Below, piece by piece: positions 17,863 to 26,625 of a stretch of 64,000 nt of DNA (position 1 is its first letter; each line of letters opens with the position of its first letter). Both the position numbers and the translations under genes were made by a program. Source of the stretch: Patescibacteria group bacterium (lineage in GTDB: Bacteria > Patescibacteriota > Microgenomatia > UBA8517); assembly GCA_035692185.1 (NCBI GenBank), contig DASSIE010000010.1, positions 2,879-66,878 of the forward strand. The letters run 5' to 3'. Below the pieces are notes generated by a model. That model was not told the DNA's origin. It worked only from the letters and a program-made list of their open reading frames with translations, and ran no database searches.

Positions 17863-19138
17863 GATAAAACGAATTAAATCTATAATCGCTCACCCATTTT
17901 TTACTAGCAGTGCAATTATGGTTTTAGGAAGTAATTTTGCAAATGCACTGGCATTTATCTACCACCTTGTTATTGGAAGACTTTTGGGTCCTGTTCACTA
18001 CGGGGAACTTGCTGCCGTAATTTCACTGGCCACAATGTTTTCTGCCATTTTTACTTTTCTAAGCACTGTCGTAATTAAATTTACATCAAGCGCTAAGAAT
18101 AGAGATGAAGAGAACTATATATTTTCATGGTTTTCTCAAAAAAGTTTTTTTATTGCCTTAACACTTTTTATTTTGACACTAATATTTTCCCCAATATTTT
18201 CAAATTTTCTCCATATTGAATTAAAGGTTGTGTTGTTAGTTCCATTTTTCTTGTTTTTCTCATTGTTATCGATGGTGTTTAAGTCTTTTTTGCAAGGCCT
18301 CCTCAAGTTTTATGAAACAGTAATATCGTTAAATACAGAATTTATTCTAAGATTGTTATTGGGCATACTTTTTGTTTACCTTGGCTTCTCAGTTTATAGC
18401 GCAATATTAGGTATAGCAATCTCTGGAGCAATTGGTTTTTTTATAACCTTTTATTTTCTAAGGGATTACAAAGTATTGTTCAAAGGTAAAAAAATTAATT
18501 TTAATAAATAAATTTTAGCTTATTCATTGCCTGCATTTCTTTTTTCATTGACCTCCACTTCTTTTTTGACAACGGACACACTTTTAGCAAAACACTTTAT
18601 TGGCGCACACGATGCGGGTATTTACGCTTCACTTTCTAATTTAGGAAAAATAATTTTATACGGAACTATCCCCATCGGAGCTGTAATGTTTCCAATGGTT
18701 TCTAAAAGATTCTCAAAGGGACAAGGTTATATGAGAGTATTTTTGCTTAGTCTAATGCTAACATTTTTGGCTTCAGTTGTAGTTTTAGCAGTGTATAAAT
18801 TTTTGCCAGATGTTGCGATTAATATTTTATATGGAACTAGCTTTTTGGAAGGTGATAAATATTTAATCTGGTTTGGCCTTTTTGCATCAATTTATAGTCT
18901 TACAAGTTTAATTTGCTCATTTTATATGTCTATTGGAAAGGTACGAATTGTTATCTTGCCAATAATTTTTGCGATACTCCAGATAATTGGAATTATATTT
19001 GTTCATGATTCCATAATCGATATTATTAAAGTTTCAGTGGTTTCGGCTACACTTCTTCTGGTTTCTTTGTTAATATACCTTGTATATGAAACCAGAGCCA
19101 AAAACAAACTTAATATCGGTAGTGATCCCGGCCTATAA
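17831..19138 (+). pseudogene. wzx: Wzx-type oligosaccharide flippase (MOP superfamily) interrupted by a single in-frame TAA
   Basis: ORFs 17831..18511 and 18527..19138 are in the same frame, separated only by TAA at 18509-18511 (...KINFNK*ILAYSLPAFLF...). Together about 434 aa with Wzx-like N-half (GSNFANALAFIYHLVIGRLLGPVHYGELAAV) and C-half (LAKHFIGAHDAGIYASLSNLGKII). Could be a true pseudogene, a sequencing error or readthrough. Confidence 0.55.
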
Positions 19139-19895
19139 AGCTGAAACCTTTATTGTCAAAACCCTCACGGGTGTTAAAAATACACTCGATCAAATTCGTT
19201 ACCCATACGAAATTATATGTGTCGTTGATGGCAAAATCGACAAAACTTTTGAGAAAGCTACGAAATTTGCCGGTTTATATCCAAGAAAAATAAAGGTTAT
19301 TGGTTACAAAAAGAACATGGGCAAAGGTAACGCTGTTAAATTTGGCATGGCCAGGGCAAAAGGAAATATAATAGGGTTTATTGACGCTGGGGTTGAACTT
19401 AATCCAAACGGCATATCTATGTTACTTGAACATTTTGAATGGTATAGTGCAGACATTGTAGTGGGGTCAAAGAGGCACGCCGCATCAAAAATATATTACC
19501 CTTGGTACAGAAAAGTAATGTCCTTTGGCTATCAGGTCATCGTTGGGATATTGTTTGGTCTTAAGGTGAAAGATACACAAGTTGGCATGAAATTTTTTAA
19601 GAAAGAAGTTGTAAAAAAAGTATTGCCAAGACTTTTGGTTAAAGCATTTGCTTTTGACATAGAAATGCTATCAGTTGCAAATTATTTAGGTTATAAACGG
19701 ATTTATGAAGCCCCGGTTGAGCTCAAAATGAAGTTTTCAAATGCCTCGACAATTATGTCTAAAGGTTTTTTAAAGACTGTTTTATCGGTTTTTATAGATA
19801 CGTTGGCAGTATTCTATCGCTTGCACATCCTTCATTATTACGATTACAAAAACAGAAAGAATTGGATTATCCCAAAATATTTAATTCTGAAATAG
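19080..19895 (+). CDS. Dpm1/Alg5-like GT2 polyprenol-phosphate glycosyltransferase
   Basis: LISVVIPAYKAE...MGKGNAVKFGMARAKGNIIGFIDAG...KDTQVGMKFFKKEV (TQ.G.K motif of Dpm1/Alg5/GtrB type). Overlaps the flippase 3' end. Confidence 0.65.
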   Translation: MYMKPEPKTNLISVVIPAYKAETFIVKTLTGVKNTLDQIRYPYEIICVVDGKIDKTFEKATKFAGLYPRKIKVIGYKKNMGKGNAVKFGMARAKGNIIGFIDAGVELNPNGISMLLEHFEWYSADIVVGSKRHAASKIYYPWYRKVMSFGYQVIVGILFGLKVKDTQVGMKFFKKEVVKKVLPRLLVKAFAFDIEMLSVANYLGYKRIYEAPVELKMKFSNASTIMSKGFLKTVLSVFIDTLAVFYRLHILHYYDYKNRKNWIIPKYLILK

Positions 19896-20621
19896 TCCGA
19901 CTATTAAGTTTCCAAAAGGTAATTTAAGCATCATTTCCAATCTACACAAAATTGCTGAAAGTTTTTTGTTAAAAAATAGGAAAGAGAAAAGATTAAATGA
20001 ACTAAATAAAATTGGCTCAAACCTTTGAATCATAAATATATTTTGTAAATTTTCCTTACAAAATTTGGCAAGATGTTGTTCTCCGTCAAAATGAGGGAAA
20101 ATTGTAAACTTATCTAAGATATTCTCAATTAATAACCAGGGGCTTTTATAATTTGGCGTAATTATACAAACAAAGCCATTTGGCTTAAGAAATTTGTGTA
20201 GTCCGGCAACTAGCTTTTTAGCATCCGTTATTTTTAAATGCTCTATTACATCAATTGAAATAATTAGATCAAATTTTTCTTTAATTTTAATTTTTGAAAT
20301 TTCTCTAAGATCGGCATTTATAAGTTTGACATTTTTAATTCTTTTTTGTTTTAACTTTGTTTTAAGGAACCTTAATGCTTGATCGTTATAATCTAGCCCT
20401 GTAATAGCCTTTAGTTTTTTAGCATAATTCAGTTCAAAATTTCCTGACCCAGTTCCCAAATCTAAGATATTGTTGGGTTTTGTTAATTTTAATATTTCAT
20501 CAATAATAATTAACTTATTGTTGTGCCAATTAGCTTGGAGAAAGTTCTTACTTCTAATCGCCTTATACTGGTAATCTGGTGAAATTCCCAATTTTTTTTC
20601 TACAATAATCTCTTTTTTCAT
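19881..20621 (-). CDS. Class I SAM-dependent methyltransferase
   Basis: Motif I ILDLGTGSGNF, acidic residue after the beta-2 strand (GLDYNDQAL), motif post-II IISIDVIEHL. Confidence 0.6.
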   Translation of the reverse strand: MKKEIIVEKKLGISPDYQYKAIRSKNFLQANWHNNKLIIIDEILKLTKPNNILDLGTGSGNFELNYAKKLKAITGLDYNDQALRFLKTKLKQKRIKNVKLINADLREISKIKIKEKFDLIISIDVIEHLKITDAKKLVAGLHKFLKPNGFVCIITPNYKSPWLLIENILDKFTIFPHFDGEQHLAKFCKENLQNIFMIQRFEPILFSSFNLFSFLFFNKKLSAILCRLEMMLKLPFGNLIVGLFQN

Positions 20622-20650
20622 TTTGATTAAACAATAGTAACATATACAAT

Positions 20651-22069
20651 ATGAGGATGCGCAAATATTTTATTTGGGGACTTTTTGTTATCCTGTTAAT
20701 CTTTACAAGATTTTATAATTTAGACAGAACCGCAAGATTTACGGAAGATGAGTCAAAAGATTTGGTTGGGATACATCAAGTCTTTGTAGATAAAAAGCTT
20801 ACTCTTGTAGGCCCAACAAATGAACAAGGTACAAAAGTTTTTAGCTCCCTAACGTTTTACATGTTGCTTCCATTTACGATAATAGGTAAGTTTGACCCGA
20901 TTAGCCCCCATTATGGAGCTGCCTTTTGGGGTGTAATTGTATCCATACTTCTAATATATTTTGTTAATAAAATAAACTCAAAGTTTACGGTTCCAATAGC
21001 ACTACTCACTCTAGTTTGGTTTCCATTTTTGGAAACTAGTAGGTGGGCTTGGAATCCAAATTTAATTCCACTGTGGGTAATTTCGGGAATTATATTAATT
21101 CAAATTCCCAAAAAGTATGCCCGGCTTTTGGCCGGAATTATATTTGGGTTTGCAGTTCACAGTCATTATTATTCAATTTTTGCTGTCGGAATATTTATGG
21201 CAATGTGGTCTGCATATTTCTTATATAAAAAACAATATTCATCATTTGTATTTTTGGGATTAGGTTTTACAATCTCAATTCTGCCTTTTGTAATTTTTGA
21301 TCTTCGCCATAGTCCTGGAATATTTTTACCAAATTTGTTTTCTCAATCGAAGTCTGTGGGAGGTGGATTGGACATGGGTCTAATTCTCCAAAAATTTACT
21401 TCAAATATATGGAGTTTGATGATTGAATACACCCAAGCAACTTATCTCGCAGTTCCACTAATGATTCTCTCTTTGATGCTTCTGATCCAAGATATTAAGA
21501 GAAAGTCCTTTTCCTTAATTTATTTTACCCCTTGGATATTTCAATCCATTATTATTGCCTGTTTACCTCAGTTCTTTCCACACTATCTGATACCTGGTCT
21601 AATATTTTTTCTAGTTTGGGTGATATATAAAAGAGGATTTTCAGGAAAACTTTTGTCTTATTCAATTTTAATAATTCTGATATTGAGAGGATTTATTTCA
21701 ATTTATTCCCAACTTACAACCCCAACTTCGATTCCAGATATTTCAATAACAAGACAGGTTGAAAAAAATATAAAAAACGAAATTGTGTCACGAAATTTGA
21801 AGAACATAAACATCGCGGTTCTAGCAAGTCCGGACACCACTACGTCGGGTAAAAAATACCGAGATCTGCTACTTGTTGACGGTAATATTCATATTTTGAC
21901 AAAGAATGAGTATCAAATAACTGATCATTTGTTTATAATTTCGACGTCCAGTGAGCAGGTTGTACGGAACGACCCCGCAACCGAAATACAAAGATTTAAA
22001 AAAGGAAAGTTGGCAAGCGTAATGCAGATTGATAATTCTGGCTGGTTTATTTACCATTTTTTAAGATGA
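20651..22069 (+). CDS. Polytopic GT-C-like membrane glycosyltransferase (distant GT39-like)
   Basis: N-terminal TM then FYNLDRTARFTEDESKDLVG (DE-type loop), then about 11 TM helices (472 aa). Confidence 0.35.
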   Translation: MRMRKYFIWGLFVILLIFTRFYNLDRTARFTEDESKDLVGIHQVFVDKKLTLVGPTNEQGTKVFSSLTFYMLLPFTIIGKFDPISPHYGAAFWGVIVSILLIYFVNKINSKFTVPIALLTLVWFPFLETSRWAWNPNLIPLWVISGIILIQIPKKYARLLAGIIFGFAVHSHYYSIFAVGIFMAMWSAYFLYKKQYSSFVFLGLGFTISILPFVIFDLRHSPGIFLPNLFSQSKSVGGGLDMGLILQKFTSNIWSLMIEYTQATYLAVPLMILSLMLLIQDIKRKSFSLIYFTPWIFQSIIIACLPQFFPHYLIPGLIFFLVWVIYKRGFSGKLLSYSILIILILRGFISIYSQLTTPTSIPDISITRQVEKNIKNEIVSRNLKNINIAVLASPDTTTSGKKYRDLLLVDGNIHILTKNEYQITDHLFIISTSSEQVVRNDPATEIQRFKKGKLASVMQIDNSGWFIYHFLR

Positions 22070-23163
22070 ATATATTAATACTTAGCTGGAGAGGTCCAGG
22101 CCATCCACTAGCGGGTGGGGCAGAGCAGGTTACCCGTGAGCATGCAAAAGGGTGGATTATAGCCGGAAATAAGATCACTATGTTTACATCACGTTTCGAG
22201 GGTGGAAAACCAAGTGAAACGGTAGATGGAATACAAATTATTAGGAGGGGAGATCAGTTTTTTGGCGTGAAATTGGCGGCATGTAAATGGTATTGGTTTG
22301 AAAATAAAGAGAAATTTGATTTAATAATTGACGAATTCCATGGCCTACCATTTTTTACACCACTTTGGGCTCCAAATGTAAAAAAAATAGGTTTTATCCA
22401 TGAAGTTGCCCAAAAGGTTTGGTCGCTAAACCCTTGGCCCTGGCCGTTTAATAAAATTGCTGCCATTTTAGGTAAATCTGGTGAGCCTTGGATATTTAAA
22501 CTTTTATACACTAAAGTTTCGTTTATGACGGTTTCAAACTCAACTGCCCACGACTTAAAAGCTTGGGGTATAAAAAAAGTAACAGTGATACCAAATGGTG
22601 TTTTGTTGCCAAAAAAATTACCAAAAGTTAAAAAGGATAAAGATTTTACTTTAATATACTTATCAGCTCTTGCTAAAGACAAAGGGGTAGAGGATGCAAT
22701 TGCAACCTTTAATATCGTCAAAGAGAAAATTCCAAATGCTAAATTTTGGATAGTTGGTAAAAGTTATCCAAAATACACAAACTATTTAAAGAGTATGTGC
22801 CCGGAAGCTAAGTTTTGGGGATATGTAACGGATGAAAATAAATTTGATTTGTTGTCGCGGGCTCATTTATTAATATTTCCATCAGTACATGAAGGTTGGG
22901 GACTTGTAATAATAGAGGCAGCTAGTGTTGGTACGCCGACTATTGCCTACAACGTCTCAGGGGTTAGAGACGCCGTAGTGGAAGGTAAAACAGGTTTAAT
23001 GGCAAATAAAGAGACTCCGGAGGAGTTATACAAACTGATTTTGGAATTATATAAAAGTAAAAATCTTTATTTAAAGTTAAGTAAAAATGCAAAAGAATGG
23101 AGCAAAAACTTTTCTTGGGAGCAAAGTATAAAAGAAAGTACTTCATTAATTAATAAAATATAG
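22066..23163 (+). CDS. GT4 family glycosyltransferase
   Basis: EGWGLVIIEAASVGTPTIAYNVSG; GT-B two-domain length (365 aa). ATGA overlap with the upstream gene. Confidence 0.65.
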   Translation: MNILILSWRGPGHPLAGGAEQVTREHAKGWIIAGNKITMFTSRFEGGKPSETVDGIQIIRRGDQFFGVKLAACKWYWFENKEKFDLIIDEFHGLPFFTPLWAPNVKKIGFIHEVAQKVWSLNPWPWPFNKIAAILGKSGEPWIFKLLYTKVSFMTVSNSTAHDLKAWGIKKVTVIPNGVLLPKKLPKVKKDKDFTLIYLSALAKDKGVEDAIATFNIVKEKIPNAKFWIVGKSYPKYTNYLKSMCPEAKFWGYVTDENKFDLLSRAHLLIFPSVHEGWGLVIIEAASVGTPTIAYNVSGVRDAVVEGKTGLMANKETPEELYKLILELYKSKNLYLKLSKNAKEWSKNFSWEQSIKESTSLINKI

Positions 23164-23178
23164 TAGAATGTACCGACT

Positions 23179-24099
23179 ATGAATAAAAAATTATCAGGTG
23201 TTACCGCAATGATCCCCAGCTTTAACTGTAAAAAAAATCTATTTAGAACTTTAGACTTTTTACTTAAGTCAAATTATCCAAATTTGGAAATAATAGTTAT
23301 AGATAATGGTTCCACTGATGGCACGTGGCAAGAAGGCAAAAAGAAATACAAGAAGGTTAAGTGGATAGACGCGGGAGCAATAAATATTGGCCAAACAGGT
23401 TGTTACAATTTGGGTTTTGCACACGCCAATCCTAAAAATCACGTGATGATGGTTGACTCAGATGTTGTTGTGGATAAAGACATGGTAACAAATTTAGTTA
23501 GTAGACTTGAAAGTAAACCAAAAATTGGAGTTGTCACCCCAATGGTTTTATATTTGAATGATGAAAATTGGGTAAATCAAGCTGGATCAACTGTAAACTT
23601 GTGGACTGGAAAAGTAACAATTGGGTGGGGAGACAGGAAAAATTTTTTAAAGGCAAAAGAAGTTCAAGGTTCAGGAACTGTAATGATATTTAAAAGAAAG
23701 TTAATAGAGACAATTGGTGGATTTGAGGATTGGTTCCTTTGTTATTTTGACCCAGAGTATTCTGTAAGAGGTAAGAAAGCTGGTTTTTCGACTTGGTATG
23801 AGCCAGAGGCAATTTGTTATCACGATCAGGACAAAGATGAGGATTATTGGCGACCAAGGGTAATGTCCCGCGCGTTTTTACTTGGTAAAAACAGAACATT
23901 GTTTATGCGCAAACACGGCAAGAATATTCTGGTTTACATATTATTCACACCTTTGTTATTTGCATATTACCTAAGGGAAGCCATAAGATACAACCTAATG
24001 AATAAATGGTACGAGCTAATTCAAGGCACAATCGCTGGGTTTTTCTATCCGCTTGACCAGCGTGTTAAATTACCTCTTCCGGTAATTGATCCGAGATAA
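23179..24099 (+). CDS. GT2 family glycosyltransferase
   Basis: MIPSFNCKKNL...LEIIVIDNGSTDGT...MMVDSDVVV (DXD). Confidence 0.6.
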   Translation: MNKKLSGVTAMIPSFNCKKNLFRTLDFLLKSNYPNLEIIVIDNGSTDGTWQEGKKKYKKVKWIDAGAINIGQTGCYNLGFAHANPKNHVMMVDSDVVVDKDMVTNLVSRLESKPKIGVVTPMVLYLNDENWVNQAGSTVNLWTGKVTIGWGDRKNFLKAKEVQGSGTVMIFKRKLIETIGGFEDWFLCYFDPEYSVRGKKAGFSTWYEPEAICYHDQDKDEDYWRPRVMSRAFLLGKNRTLFMRKHGKNILVYILFTPLLFAYYLREAIRYNLMNKWYELIQGTIAGFFYPLDQRVKLPLPVIDPR

Positions 24100-24556
24100 T
24101 TTCTATATTACAAAAATGCAAAGACTTAATGACGAGGAATATAAATACGTTTATAGTCGATCTCCCAGATTGTGTGTTGATTTAGCAATTGTTACACCAG
24201 AAGGCCTCCTTCTTTCAAAACGATTAATTGAACCATTCAAAAAGAGTTGGCACTTTCCTGGTGGAAGGGTGATATATAAGGAATCAATTAATGACGCAAT
24301 TTCAAGAATTGCCAAAAAAGAAGTTGGCGTTAAAATTAAAACCGAAGAACTTTTAGGATTTTTGGAAATAATTAATGACGGTGAATATGTTCATAGTGTT
24401 AGTTTAGTATTTATTGTGAAAATTAATTCAGGTGAAGTCAAAGGAGGCGATCAAGCAAAACAATTTAAAGCATTTAAAAAAATCCCAGACAACATGCACT
24501 CTTCGCACAAAAAATTTATTAAAAAATATTGGGCGAAAATATTGCGACTTGCTTAA
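24086..24556 (+). CDS. gmm: Nudix hydrolase, GDP-mannose mannosyl hydrolase (Gmm/NudD/WcaH)-like
   Basis: PRLCVDLAIVTPEGLLLSKRLIEPFKKSWHFPGGRVIYKESINDAISRIAKKEVGV aligns by eye with E. coli Gmm ([49 protein letters not shown]). 156 aa. Confidence 0.6.
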   Translation: MIRDNFYITKMQRLNDEEYKYVYSRSPRLCVDLAIVTPEGLLLSKRLIEPFKKSWHFPGGRVIYKESINDAISRIAKKEVGVKIKTEELLGFLEIINDGEYVHSVSLVFIVKINSGEVKGGDQAKQFKAFKKIPDNMHSSHKKFIKKYWAKILRLA

Positions 24557-24586
24557 TCATTACTTCATATGTTATTTTAATATCCA

Positions 24587-25566
24587 TGACTGAAAAAACT
24601 GCATTAGTCTGTGGAGGTGGAGGTTTTATTGGAAGCCACTTAATGAAATTCCTAAAAGATCGCGGATATTGGGTTAGGGGAGTAGATATAAGGTACCCCG
24701 AATATGGTCCAATCGTCGCTGACGATTTTATTAAAGGCGACTTACGAGATATCAATATTGTTAAGCAAGCTTTAGATATTCCATTCGATGAAGTTTATCA
24801 GTTAGCCGCTGATATGGGAGGCGCTGGCTATATTTTTACAGGTGAACACGACGCCGATGTGATGCATAATTCTGCAACAATTAACCTCAACGTTATGGAG
24901 CAAGCTAAGCAAGTTGGTGCCAAAAAAATATTCTTTTCTTCATCAGCCTGTATTTATCCCGCCCACAATCAAGTAGACCCAGACAATCCGAATTGTGCCG
25001 AAGACTCTGCCTATCCCGCTGCGCCAGATAGTGAATATGGATGGGAAAAATTATTTAGTGAAAGAATGTATTTGGCATATCATAAAAATCACGGTCTGGA
25101 TGTTCGTATTGCACGGTTTCATAATATTTTTGGCCCAGAAAGTGCTTGGAACAATGGTAAAGAAAAAGCTCCATGCGCGATTTGCAGAAAAGTTGCCGAA
25201 ACTCCAGACGGTGGGGAAATGGAGATGTGGGGAGACGGAGAGCAAACCAGATCATTCTTATATATTGATGAGTGTTTGCAAGGCATAAGACGACTTATGG
25301 ACTCAAACTTTATGGGACCAGTTAACATCGGATCAGAAGAAATGGTAACAATCAATGAACTTGCTAAAATGGCTATGAAAATTGCAGGCAAAAAAATTAC
25401 AATTAAACACATCGATGGCCCTCAAGGGGTGAGGGGCCGGAGGTCTGACAACAAATTAATTATGCAAAAACTTAATTGGGCCCCAAACTACCCGTTAGTT
25501 AAAGGTATCGAGAAAACTTACAATTGGATAAAAGGCATGATCGAGAAAGAATCAACCTCACTTTAA
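24587..25566 (+). CDS. GDP-mannose 3,5-epimerase-like extended SDR (start chosen at MTEKTALV)
   Basis: GGGGFIGSHL Rossmann motif. LAADMGG.GYI, FSSSACIYP, YGWEK (YxxxK), RFHNIFGP, EKAPCAICRK, MWGDGEQTRSF.YIDEC and PVNIGSEEMV.INE match the plant/bacterial GDP-mannose 3,5-epimerase (GME) pattern block for block. Confidence 0.65.
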
Positions 25567-26556
25567 AACTTCTTTAATATGATTTTTAAGTTTTTTTGTT
25601 TGTCTGCCATTGAGCAGGAATATCATGTCGTTTGATTTACAATAAATTACATTATCTGTAATAATCCCAGCACGCCATATCAAGTTATAGATTTTTAGAC
25701 TCGTAACAAGCTCAAACATAGGAATAAATAATCTGCCAGTTTTGCAAATACTCCAAAACAATTTGGGAAGGTTTATAGATTTATAATCTACACCTATCTC
25801 TTTATGCATAAATTTACTCATCTGGGCCAAGGTTAGGTGCTCACCATGTAACAGATAAATTTTATTACTATATACTGATGGGGGATTACTTATTGTAGAA
25901 ATTATTGATTGAGCTACGTTGTCTACATGTATCAAACTTGATAATCCTGGCCAATTTAGTCTTGCAAAAATAGATTTCTTTTGAATAAGTCCACTTAGAA
26001 AATCAAACAAACTATCTGGCCTCATGCCAGATCCATAAATAGTGTTTGGTTTTAAAATACTCAATTTAAATCCATCAATTTTTTGTCGTTCAACTAAAAT
26101 ATTTTCGCCTCTTACTTTACTTCTCGTATATTCATTCGTTGGCGACATAGGTGAATATTTACTAAACGGTTTTGAACAATTTATTCTTCCGCTCCATGCA
26201 ACCATGGTTCCAAAATGTACAAAGTGCGTATTGGGTCCTAACTTGCCAAATGTATTTAACAAGTTTTCTACACCAACATCATTACACCTATGGTCTGTAA
26301 CAGCAGTATCGGTAATCGCTGCAAGATTGATTATGACTTCTGGGGATTTGGGTAGATTTTTAAGTCCCTTCTTGGTAACTAAGTTTATGTACTTAGTTTT
26401 AACTTCCATTTCTTTTAACAATTTTCTCCCCTCGATTTCTAACGGGCCGTTGGCATCTTTTATTAAGCATAAAATATTTTTTACACCATATTTTTTAACA
26501 GCCAATTTAATAAATCGCTTTCCAACAAAACCTGTTGCCCCGGTTATTATTATCAT
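25558..26556 (-). CDS. NAD-dependent epimerase/dehydratase family (extended SDR) sugar-nucleotide enzyme
   Basis: MIIITGATGFVGKRF (GxxGxxG), catalytic YTRSK. 332 aa. 3' end overlaps the GME gene. Confidence 0.55.
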   Translation of the reverse strand: MIIITGATGFVGKRFIKLAVKKYGVKNILCLIKDANGPLEIEGRKLLKEMEVKTKYINLVTKKGLKNLPKSPEVIINLAAITDTAVTDHRCNDVGVENLLNTFGKLGPNTHFVHFGTMVAWSGRINCSKPFSKYSPMSPTNEYTRSKVRGENILVERQKIDGFKLSILKPNTIYGSGMRPDSLFDFLSGLIQKKSIFARLNWPGLSSLIHVDNVAQSIISTISNPPSVYSNKIYLLHGEHLTLAQMSKFMHKEIGVDYKSINLPKLFWSICKTGRLFIPMFELVTSLKIYNLIWRAGIITDNVIYCKSNDMIFLLNGRQTKKLKNHIKEVLK

Positions 26557-26578
26557 CCTACGACATCATAATACACAA

Positions 26579-26613
26579 TTGACATATTGCCAATCTGACA
26601 ATATCATTGGCAA
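26579..26613 (+). promoter_or_regulatory. Putative sigma70-like promoter (TTGACA-N17-TATCAT) with overlapping 8-bp inverted repeat (TTGCCAAT-N11-ATTGGCAA)
   Basis: Read directly in the 69-bp divergent intergenic region: TTGACA 26579-26584, TATCAT 26602-26607, ATG at 26626. Inverted repeat arms at 26587-26594 and 26606-26613. Confidence 0.3.
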
Positions 26614-26625
26614 GCAATAACAGAT

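Noticed and set aside
18509-18511. Interpreting the in-frame TAA in wzx as programmed stop-codon recoding
   Set aside because: The known CPR recoding concerns UGA, not UAA. All other genes here terminate normally at TAA/TAG/TGA, so a pseudogene or a sequencing error is more parsimonious.
26042-26620. 192-aa plus-strand ORF overlapping 25558..26556
   Set aside because: The minus-strand ORF has a canonical Rossmann GATGFVG start and YxxxK. The plus-strand ORF has no motifs and is its antisense shadow.
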